From Macrostomum lignano (lineage: Eukaryota): a DNA stretch of 38,850 bases. The position numbers and the translations under genes are program-made. The stretch's first letter is position 1; each line of letters opens with the position of its first letter. The stretch lies in the NCBI GenBank assembly GCA_002269645.1, contig NIVC01004663.1, forward strand, positions 1 through 38,850, given 5' to 3'. The notes below the pieces were generated by a model. The model searched no databases and was not told the DNA's origin. It worked only from the letters and a program-made list of their open reading frames with translations. This document shows positions 1 to 7,579 of this stretch, piece by piece.

Positions 1-1659
1 AGGAGCTGCGCCACCAAGTCACCACGTGCAAAGTCACTCAGACTAGTGACGCCGATGTTGCGCCGATTAGCTTCGAGCTTAGGGCAGGTCCAGAAATGAA
101 ATTGGTCCGGAACATCCAGGCAAGGTCGCAGGGGCCGCCTTCGGTGATGCCGGTGCGGTTGCGATAATAGTTGGAGTCAGGGCAGTGGCCTGCTCTGACC
201 TGCGCCACGAGGATTTGTTGGCGACGCGGTCCCTGATGGAAGGAGATCGTTTTACCATAGACCTCGGCCAAGTGCCCATGAAGGGTAGGGCGGTACTTGA
301 GATGATGGCGGATGCGCTCTTTAGCAGCTGCAAGGGTAATTTCTGACTCGTCTTGAGACAGTGTGGCCGCGAGCTTGGCCTCTGCGTCGACCAGTTCGTT
401 ACCGGGCCACCCGAATGTCCCGGAACCCATTGCAGGGTAATCTTTGTGTGCATGGCTGCGTTAGCGAGGAGATCTTTAACTTGCTCAAGCCGCAGGTTGA
501 GGGTTGGACGGTCAGTTTTGATGGCGGCGATGGCGCTCAGGCTGTCGTCAGTTTGACGGCATGGCGCGGTTCGGAGCTGATAATGTCTTCCAGGGCGAGC
601 TTGATGGCCATTAATTCGGCTTCGTAGGAGTTGCACCAGCGACCAGCTGCTGCGTGCCGCGGCGACGGCTGGTGCCATCATGATTGAGGAAGATCCAAGC
701 GGCTCCGCCGTTTTCGACCCCTCCGGTGGCCGAGCCATCGGTGTAGTAGGTGCAGGATCCTGGGCAGCGTTGCTCAATGGCTGCAAGAGTTTGTTCAGTC
801 GAAGTGGCTCCCAGGTCTGGCAGGTCGGTGAAACAGTTGATGCCCTGGTCGACGAGTGAGGTCCAGGGTGGACGGCGAGCAAGGTGGAAGGGCATACGCG
901 GGAGCGGCATCATGGAATCGCAGATGCGCCTCGCTTGTTCGCGCAGGCCTCTGTTGGCCGCGAGTCGGACGTTCGAGTGTTTTTCACAGATCTGGCGAAA
1001 CGGGTCACTGAGAGGGCGACGGATGGCTTTCTCGTAGGTGAGCAGAGCACGCCTGCGGGCCTCAACGCTGATAGGGTCAACCTGAGCCTCCAGGTAAATA
1101 GCTTCCGTGGGGGGTCGATCGTGGCAGGCCGGTGATGGTGCGCAGCGCCTCCCTTTGAGCGCGGTCAAGTTCATCCAGGCGAGTCTTGGACAACCAGGGC
1201 GTCCAGGCCGATGCAGCATGCCAGATCACCGACTCGACCAAAGCACGGTAGACTTTGAGGAGGAGGAGGCGATCCCATCCCCAATCCTGGTTTGCTAAAG
1301 CTTTGATGATGGCAGTTCGACGGAGCATTTTGTCCTTGATTTCGCTCAGATGTTTGTCGAAAAGAAGTCCGCGGTCAATCCAGACCCCGAGGAACTTCAG
1401 CGCCGGCTTACTGGGGATAGGACGCCCAAGCAACGAGAGATGAACGGTGGTGTCTCGATCGGCTCGGTTGCGAGAGAACAGGCAGTATTTAGTTTTTGAA
1501 GGGTTGAGTTCGATGCGAAGATTATTGGCCCACTCTTCGATAAGGTGGAGGGCCCTTTGAATGCGCTCACGGACATCTGTGATATTCCTGCCGGAGGCCC
1601 AGATGGCGAGGTCGTCCGCGTATCCACTGTAATCGACCTCTTGGACGATGTAGTCAGTA
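1..1659 (-). mobile_element. Non-LTR retrotransposon (LINE A), I-group (Ingi/Nimb-like), 5'-truncated or interrupted; RT C-terminal half + RNase H + C-terminal CCHC knuckle
   Basis: Minus-strand frames join into YADDLAIW (~1620-1597), KFLGVWID, WGWD...YRALVES, RNase H YYTDGS...YEAELMAI...TDSLSA...LQWVPGH..PGNELVD and CDL-CLDVPDQFHFWTC. At least 5 single-base frameshifts separate the track ORFs 1077..1433, 611..1219, 79..882 and 38..430. Confidence 0.92.
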
Positions 1660-1767
1660 CCCTCTGGGCTTTACGCCTAGACTGCGGGTATCCCGCAGCT
1701 CCTACTCGGCGCCGCGTTTTCGTCGCGGAGGGGACCCTCTTCCTTCGGGGGAGGTCGAAGAGCGCCG
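1660..1767 (+). ncRNA. HDV/CPEB3-like self-cleaving ribozyme fold (copy 1), probably the 5' leader of a non-LTR element
   Basis: P1 CCCUCU(1660-65)/GGAGGG(1727-32). J1/2 holds hairpins GGGC/GCCU and CUGCGGG/CCCGCAG. P2 CGGCGC-C(1707-13)/G[A]GCGCCG(1760-67). P3 GCG/CGC around L3 UUUUCGU(1717-23). P4 is capped by C(UUCG)G. J4/2 is CGAA with the putative catalytic C at 1756. Confidence 0.75.
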
Positions 1768-1800
1768 TAAATCGGACACCATGTCCCACGTGCAACTGTT

Positions 1801-2053
1801 GCTGCTGCTGTTGTTGTTGTTGTTGTTGTTGTTGACTGCGGACCGAGCTCGGAATAACCGGACCAGGTACCAAACCCCTACCGCTGACAGAGCCAGCGAC
1901 AAAGGCTGAGCACAGAGGGCCGGACCGAGCCACATCCACCGCCCCTGAGCCAGGAGCGGTGACCGATTCCCGGCGCTCTTCGCCGCCCGAAGAACGGGCG
2001 TTGCCTCCCCCCCGCGACAAAGACGCGGCGCCGGATAGGGCCTGCTGATTACC
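1801..2053 (-). mobile_element. Short (~250 bp) non-autonomous retroelement: ribozyme head, ~140 bp body, (CAA)8(CAG)3 tail
   Basis: Ribozyme-like core at 2034-1970. Microsatellite tail at 1834-1801 has the same composition as the LINE B tail. No RT coding between them. Confidence 0.55.
1970..2034 (-). ncRNA. HDV-like ribozyme core (copy 2; P1 5' strand missing)
   Basis: Minus strand reads CCGGCGCC-GCG-UCUUUGU-CGC-GGGGGGG-AG-GCAA-CGCCCG-UUCUU-CGGGCG-G-CGAA-G[A]GCGCCGG. This is the same P2/P3/L3/P4/J4-2 order as copy 1 and includes the genomic-HDV-like GCAA...GCGAA frame. Confidence 0.7.
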
Positions 2054-2189
2054 CTGCTGCTGTTGTTGTTGTTGTTGTTGTTGCCGGATCAAGCTGTGCC
2101 TATGCCATTCCTCTTCCACCACTTCCAGAAGGCGTGCGCCGCCTTCTCCTCCGTCCACCAGTCACCAAGAGTCTGGATGCCCAACTCCT
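2054..2189 (-). mobile_element. LINE B 3' terminus (ORF end + (CAA)n(CAG)3 tail), separated from its body by the copia insertion
   Basis: The frame from 6853 continues across the CTCCT TSD: QCPATFWKRQE|LGIQTLGDWWTEEKAAHAFWKWWKRNGIGTA*. Stop at 2091-2089; CAA tail at 2083-2062. Confidence 0.85.
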
Positions 2190-2447
2190 TATTAAGAAAG
2201 CCTTGTTAAGTTATAATGAATCGGCGTTTATTGAGTTTTGAGAAAGATAGCAAAAGAAGGGTTAACATGGAATTTAGCACTGGCGTAGCTCAAACAAAAC
2301 TTAGTGGTACAGGTAAGGGAGTCGAAAACCATAGATATAATTAAGCAGTCTGTTATAGAAAATTCTAGAAGGAAAACTTGGATTCACTTACTATAAATAT
2401 AAAGTTGACTATTTTAAGATAAACGATTACTTATAACATCTTTAACA
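2190..2447 (-). repeat. Copia 3' LTR (258 bp; TGTTAA...TTAATA)
   Basis: Direct repeat of 6595-6852; only difference seen is G/A at 2210 vs 6615. Confidence 0.97.
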
Positions 2448-2456
2448 CTCCCACTT
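2448..2456 (-). other. Polypurine tract (AAGTGGGAG)
   Basis: Purine-rich run immediately 5' of the 3' LTR on the minus strand. Confidence 0.85.
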
Positions 2457-2545
2457 AATGTTTAGCTTAAAACTAGTGCATACTGGTACAAACAGTTCAT
2501 ATTGTGTCTTGAATATCAAAGTTAGATAAAGAGTTAGCAGTCATA

Positions 2546-2812
2546 TTAACGAACAGGAATCAGTTCCTTGAGCACTTGAAACTTGGCATTAGACAGTGCT
2601 TTAGTAAGAATGTCAGCGATCATCTCCTCTGACGGACAGTAAATTAGCTTTAAAGTTCCACCGACCAACTTCTCACGCACGAAATGGTGACGGATATCAA
2701 TGTGCTTAGAACGACTGTGGAAGACAGGATTCCTAGCTAGAGCAATACAGCCTTGATTGTCTTCTAGGATAGTAACGTATTTGAGACTTTCTACGCGAAG
2801 ATCTAGTAGTAA
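2546..2812 (-). CDS. Copia RNase H C-terminal part (frameshifted from pol)
   Basis: EDNQGCIALARNPVFHSRSKHIDIRHHFVRE...MIADILTKAL motifs; frameshift near 2813 (WLQ-CA-QLLLDL). Confidence 0.93.
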   Translation of the reverse strand, partial: LLLDLRVESLKYVTILEDNQGCIALARNPVFHSRSKHIDIRHHFVREKLVGGTLKLIYCPSEEMIADILTKALSNAKFQVLKELIPVR

Positions 2813-5718
2813 CTGTGTTGTAACCATGTGGCTTCTTGGGTAGCAGCTGAGAGTGCCATGTACTCGGCCTCCGTCGTCGATAGGGCTACAGTTTGTTGCT
2901 TCTTGCTACTCCAGCTAATCGGACATTCAGCCAACTTGAATATGTATCCGGTTGTAGAACGTCGGTCATTGTGATCTCCAGCCCAGTCTGCATCGGAATA
3001 TCCAATTAGATCGATTGCACGCGAGTCCTTCTGAAAAACCAATCCTGATGAAATGGTTCCCTTTAGATATCTCAGGACACGCTTCACGCCACTCCAATGC
3101 TGTTCAGTTGGGTCTGAGCAATATCGCGCGAGAACTCCCACTGCAGATGACACATCTGGTCGTGTAGCTAGTGCTGCGTAGTTTAGACTTCCTATTGCCG
3201 CCTGATACATAGTCTTGTCCACCTTAGCATCACAGGTCTGTGTAGTGTAGAACTTGACACTTGTGTCCATTGGTGTTGATACCGGTTTGCAGTCCATCAT
3301 GTTGAATTTAGAAAGGATGGTATTTAGATACCGCTCTTGGTTTAGAAACAATGAACCATTCTTCCAGGTAGCTTGAATTCCAAGAAAATAGTGAAATTCG
3401 CCTAGATCCTTCATCTTAAATTTAGATTGCAGTTCTTGCTTCAGTACGGGCATGTAGTCGTCAGATGCTGTTAATAGAATGTCGTCCACATACACACCGA
3501 TCGCAGATTGAGAGTTAGCATAGATACACGGTTCTGACTTTGCCTGCACTAGGTTAAGACTTAAAAGTTCATCATGTAGAGTTTGATTCCAACATCTAGG
3601 AGCCTGCTTGAGTCCATATAGACTTCTTTCTAGTTTGCATACTAGTGTTTCCTTGCCTTGAACCACAAATCCTTCCGGTTGTTCCATGTAAATTTCTTCG
3701 TCTAGTTTGCCGTTTAAAAATGCTGTTACGACATCCATCTGGTGAATTTTCCAATCTCGTTGAACTCCAACAGTCAGTAGAGTTCTAATTGATGTAAATC
3801 GAGCTACTGGTGCATACGTCTCCTCATAATCTACTCCATGCTCTTGAGAGTATCCTTTGACTACCAATCTTGCTTTGTATCTGTCTACTGAGTTGTCTGC
3901 CTTATACTTGACACGAAATACCCACTTACAGCCAATAGTTTGACGTCCTTTTGGTAGCTCAACCAGTTTCCATGTCTTGTTCTCCATCAGTGACTCGTAC
4001 TCTGCGTTCGCAGCCTCTTGCCAGTCTTTAGAGAATGAGCTGTCTAATGCTTGCTGTAGAGTTTTCGGTTCGTCAATTTGTGTTGCGACGGATGCCACGT
4101 ACCTGTCAACGGGCTTCTTCTCTCGAGTTGATCTCCGAACTTCTTGCTTGTCGACAGTTTCAGGAACACATTTGAAATCAGACGATGCTGGTTCGGTACC
4201 TGCATTCAGTTGAAGTGTCTCCTGCTTCTCCACTAATTGCTTCACGAAGCACGACTCTTGGAACGTTACATCGCGACTGACGAAAACTGATCGTGTTTGG
4301 AAATCAAAACAACGATATCCTTTTGAGGTTTCCGAGTATCCAATAAATCTGACTTCCCGAGCTTTTGAGTCAAACTTGTGACGTTTCTCAGCTGGGACAT
4401 GCGCGTAGGCAACGCATCCAAATATTCGCAAATGCTGAACACTCGGCTTGCTGCCGGTCCAAATTTGATATGGTGTCGCTTTGTTGACTGCACTCGTTAT
4501 TGATCGATTACGCAGATATGCTGCCGTAGAGATTGCTTCTGCCCAGAATTCCTTGCCAATATGAGCATGTGCAATCATTGTTCGTGCTGCCTCCACCAAG
4601 GTTCGGTTCATTCTCTCGGCTACTCCGTTCTGTTTAGGAGAGTGTGGGACAGTAGTCTGGTGAATGATTCCGTTTCGGGCACAGAATGCCTCAAATTCTC
4701 CCGATGTATACTCTCCACCATTGTCAGTCCGAAGAATCTTGATAGACTTGCCTGTTTGATTCGTGACGAGAGCCTGAAAGATCTTGAATTTTTCTAAGAC
4801 TTCTGACTTGCTTTTAATGAAGTAAACTGAGCAATAGCGCGAATAGTCGTCAATAAATGTGACAAAATACTTTGATCCTCCAATTGACGTAGTTTTCATG
4901 GGACCGCACACGTCACTGTGAATTAGACCCAATAGTTCAGTTGACCTTGACGCTTCACCCTTTGCAAATGGCGTTCGATGTAGCTTTCCTTCCACACATG
5001 CTGTGCAGAAACTGATGCCTTCAGTTTTTACGTCATCCTTGCTAAGCTCAATTCCGTCCACTTGCTTTCCATTAATTAGAGATTTCAGGTCTTGCTCACC
5101 TAGGTGTCCATAGCGCTGATGCCATAGGTCGATGCTGTTGTTTCTCGCGACAGATGCAGTCTCGTTAGTTAGGTTAAAGCCTTTCAATTTGTACAGTCTG
5201 CCAACTTTTAAAGCTTCTCCAACAATCTTACCAGTTGCGCTCAAAATCTGACACTTGTCGTCGCTGAATTGTACACGGAAGCCTTTTCTTGTAACTGCTG
5301 ATACTGAGAACAAATTCTGTTCCATAAGTGGTACATATAGAACGTCGCTCAGCTCGCACAATTTCTTACCAGAACCAGTATTGATATACAACCGAACGGT
5401 TCCCTTTCCAGTGGCTTCGAGCTTATGTCCATCTGCTAGCGAAATGTTCTCCAGTACCGAAAAATCTTCAAATTCCTCAAAACTTGTCCGATCATTAGTC
5501 ATATGATTCGTTGCGCCTGAGTCCACAATCCATGTACTAGACTCGTTAGCTGTCGATGATGTGCCCATAGACAACGCCGGAAATGCAGAATCTTCCTCAT
5601 CTGAAGCTGAAAAGTCCTTTAAGTCTTTTGCTGGGGCGTCTGCAATCCTCGCCTGATGCCTTCTGTTGGATTTCTTCAAATCCTGTGGTCTTGAATTTGT
5701 GTTCGATCCACCTGTCAC
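2803..5718 (-). CDS. pol: Copia pol: aspartic protease, GAG-pre-integrase, integrase, reverse transcriptase, start of RNase H
   Basis: WIVDSGATNHM (PR); LWHQRYGH...CTAC and HSDVCGP...FIDDYSR...RTDNGGEY...QNGVAERMNRTL (IN); YKARLVVKGY, QMDVVTAFLNG, SLYGLKQAPR, VYVDDIL (RT); YSDADWAG (RH). Confidence 0.98.
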   Translation of the reverse strand: MTGGSNTNSRPQDLKKSNRRHQARIADAPAKDLKDFSASDEEDSAFPALSMGTSSTANESSTWIVDSGATNHMTNDRTSFEEFEDFSVLENISLADGHKLEATGKGTVRLYINTGSGKKLCELSDVLYVPLMEQNLFSVSAVTRKGFRVQFSDDKCQILSATGKIVGEALKVGRLYKLKGFNLTNETASVARNNSIDLWHQRYGHLGEQDLKSLINGKQVDGIELSKDDVKTEGISFCTACVEGKLHRTPFAKGEASRSTELLGLIHSDVCGPMKTTSIGGSKYFVTFIDDYSRYCSVYFIKSKSEVLEKFKIFQALVTNQTGKSIKILRTDNGGEYTSGEFEAFCARNGIIHQTTVPHSPKQNGVAERMNRTLVEAARTMIAHAHIGKEFWAEAISTAAYLRNRSITSAVNKATPYQIWTGSKPSVQHLRIFGCVAYAHVPAEKRHKFDSKAREVRFIGYSETSKGYRCFDFQTRSVFVSRDVTFQESCFVKQLVEKQETLQLNAGTEPASSDFKCVPETVDKQEVRRSTREKKPVDRYVASVATQIDEPKTLQQALDSSFSKDWQEAANAEYESLMENKTWKLVELPKGRQTIGCKWVFRVKYKADNSVDRYKARLVVKGYSQEHGVDYEETYAPVARFTSIRTLLTVGVQRDWKIHQMDVVTAFLNGKLDEEIYMEQPEGFVVQGKETLVCKLERSLYGLKQAPRCWNQTLHDELLSLNLVQAKSEPCIYANSQSAIGVYVDDILLTASDDYMPVLKQELQSKFKMKDLGEFHYFLGIQATWKNGSLFLNQERYLNTILSKFNMMDCKPVSTPMDTSVKFYTTQTCDAKVDKTMYQAAIGSLNYAALATRPDVSSAVGVLARYCSDPTEQHWSGVKRVLRYLKGTISSGLVFQKDSRAIDLIGYSDADWAGDHNDRRSTTGYIFKLAECPISWSSKKQQTVALSTTEAEYMALSAATQEATWLQHSYY

Positions 5719-5753
5719 TGAGAGGCTATTCTTGAATTTGTAACAGTGCTTCT

Positions 5754-6440
5754 TTAGTGACCAGGCTTATTGCAGAAAAAACATACTTTTGGTCTGACAC
5801 TCTGGTGCTGTTGCCTCTTGAATCCAACCAGAGCCTTTGAATTGCTGCTAGGTTCACAGCTTTCCTGTTCAAGTCGTTTTGACTCCTTGTGCAAAAGCCG
5901 CTCGAGTACGAAATTCATCGTCAAGTCGTCCGCTCGCGATTCCAGGGCAGTAATCAACCCGTCATATGACTTCGGCAAACTGTTTAGCAGAATCGTGACT
6001 TGATAGTCCTCGGGAACACCTGCCCCGATAGCCGACAGTCGTTTGACGATATCCTTGAACTGATTAACATGCTCCTGCATGGATGCACCTTCCACCATCT
6101 TGAGCGCTTGTAGTTTCCGATTAAGAAACAATTTATTTGCCAGTGAACTCCGCTCGAAATATGCTTGAAGCTTATCCCACGCTTCCTTCGGAGTTTCTGC
6201 ATCCTCAATTAGATGAATTTGACTATCCGCAACAGCCAATACGATAGTCGCTAGGGCTTTGTTCGCACGCCGCTTGAACTGAACTTTGACCTCGTTGGTC
6301 GCGTCCTCAGCAAGTGTCTCTGTACCATCAACAACTTCCCAAAGTTCTCGCTCCATCAGGACGTTCTTCATCTTGAACTTCCAGACAGTGTAGTTGGAAC
6401 TATCCAACTTCTCAACCAGTAGTTTGGCATCGAAAGACAT
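5754..6440 (-). CDS. gag: Copia gag (UBN2-type capsid + CCHC knuckle split by a 1-nt deletion)
   Basis: ATG at 6440: MSFDAKLLVEKLDSSNYTVWKFKMKNVL...LWEVVDG...LLNSLPKSYD. CFFCNKPGH continues as KKHC in the shifted frame (CX2CX4HX4C). Confidence 0.93.
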   Translation of the reverse strand: MSFDAKLLVEKLDSSNYTVWKFKMKNVLMERELWEVVDGTETLAEDATNEVKVQFKRRANKALATIVLAVADSQIHLIEDAETPKEAWDKLQAYFERSSLANKLFLNRKLQALKMVEGASMQEHVNQFKDIVKRLSAIGAGVPEDYQVTILLNSLPKSYDGLITALESRADDLTMNFVLERLLHKESKRLEQESCEPSSNSKALVGFKRQQHQSVRPKVCFFCNKPGH

Positions 6441-6567
6441 CGTGTCGATCCACCAGCACAACTGGACTGCTGAGCTTGAACTTTCTAAGAGACGGTAGAG
6501 CCTGACAATCACGCCGACTGACGCACTGCCACTGAAGCAGCTTTATTGTTCACACTGCAGTAGATCA

Positions 6568-6594
6568 CAGTGGAAGGGCGCAGGGCCCATAACC
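6568..6594 (-). other. Primer binding site complementary to the 5' half of initiator tRNA-Met
   Basis: GGTTATGGGCCCTG directly follows the 5' LTR. It resembles the Drosophila copia half-tRNAiMet PBS (GGTTATGGGCCCAG). Confidence 0.9.
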
Positions 6595-6852
6595 TATTAA
6601 GAAAGCCTTGTTAAATTATAATGAATCGGCGTTTATTGAGTTTTGAGAAAGATAGCAAAAGAAGGGTTAACATGGAATTTAGCACTGGCGTAGCTCAAAC
6701 AAAACTTAGTGGTACAGGTAAGGGAGTCGAAAACCATAGATATAATTAAGCAGTCTGTTATAGAAAATTCTAGAAGGAAAACTTGGATTCACTTACTATA
6801 AATATAAAGTTGACTATTTTAAGATAAACGATTACTTATAACATCTTTAACA
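6595..6852 (-). repeat. Copia 5' LTR (258 bp)
   Basis: Direct repeat of 2190-2447, adjacent to the PBS. Confidence 0.97.
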
Positions 6853-7440
6853 CTCCTGTCTTTTCCAGAAGGTGGCTGGGCACTGACATGCTCGATGCTT
6901 TCCTCCTCAAGCCCGCATTTTCTGCAGATGCCGTCCGTTTCTTTTCCAAGTCTTTTCCTGTAGCTCGCCAGTTCGAGCGAGTGGCCAGTTCTAGCTCTCC
7001 TGAAGCTGGTGGCGTCTCCTGTGCTTTCAAAGGTCGTCTTCTTAATGGTTGCTCGGTTGCCGCTGTAGGTCTTTTCACAGCGCGGGTGCGCCCCTCCAGC
7101 TTTTTTAGCTTTCTCAGCTTCTGCCGCCTCGATCGCCTGTCACACAGCGCTCTTGCCCACCGTCGCCTCTTGCTGGTCCTCCTCGCAGGCTGTCGCAGCC
7201 ACTTTGTCTGCCTCCTCGTTTCCCGGGAGCCCGCAGTGCGCTGGGATCCAGGCAAGCTCGACAATCTTTCCCCTCTCCTTCAACTCTTCCAGCTTCCATC
7301 TGATCTCTCCTGCGTGTTGGTGTTTGCTGTTTCCGAATATTACCTTCAGGGCGCTCGCGCTGTCTGTGAGGATAGCTGCCTTCTGCCAACTTCTTTCCTG
7401 CCTGCAGAGCCAGCTACAGGCCTCTTCCAGCTTTGGCTGC
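6853..7440 (-). mobile_element. LINE B body: RNase H C-terminal half and CCHC region, frameshifted, 5'-truncated
   Basis: AILTDSASAL...VELAWIPAHCGLPGNEEADKVA (RNase H). In another frame: RTGHSLELASYRKRLGKETDGICRKCGLEEESIEHV..CPA. Confidence 0.88.
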
Positions 7441-7579
7441 AGGCTAACACCTCGCGTGACGCAGGGTTGCGCGAGCCAGTGTGACCACACCGGCCGGTCC
7501 GAGCCCAGGACCGACAGTGGGGACCGTGGGGTGCCGAAGATCTGCGTAACGAGGCCCTCCACGGCCACCACCGTCTAAT

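Larger units (their letters stand above)
2190..6852 (-). mobile_element. Full-length Ty1/copia LTR retrotransposon (4663 bp), recent insertion
   Basis: Two 258-bp LTRs with 1 mismatch seen. 5-bp TSD CTCCT at 2185-2189 and 6853-6857. PBS and PPT present. Domain order gag-PR-IN-RT-RH is diagnostic of copia. Confidence 0.98.

Noticed and set aside
1397-2158. 253-aa poly-Q ORF on the minus strand
   Set aside because: It is a chance read-through of two CAA/CAG tails, ribozyme sequence and an off-frame RT segment; not a gene.
5718-5760. Programmed gag-pol ribosomal frameshift
   Set aside because: The shift falls inside the CCHC knuckle, no slippery heptamer is evident, and copia normally uses one ORF; a 1-nt deletion is simpler.
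6568-6594. tRNA-Met-like sequence as a tRNA gene
   Set aside because: Only 27 nt, with no acceptor stem or T-arm; explained as the copia PBS.
6888-7484. 198-aa + strand ORF and other antisense ORFs over TE coding regions
   Set aside because: Antisense shadows of GC-rich LINE/copia coding sequence with no recognisable motifs.
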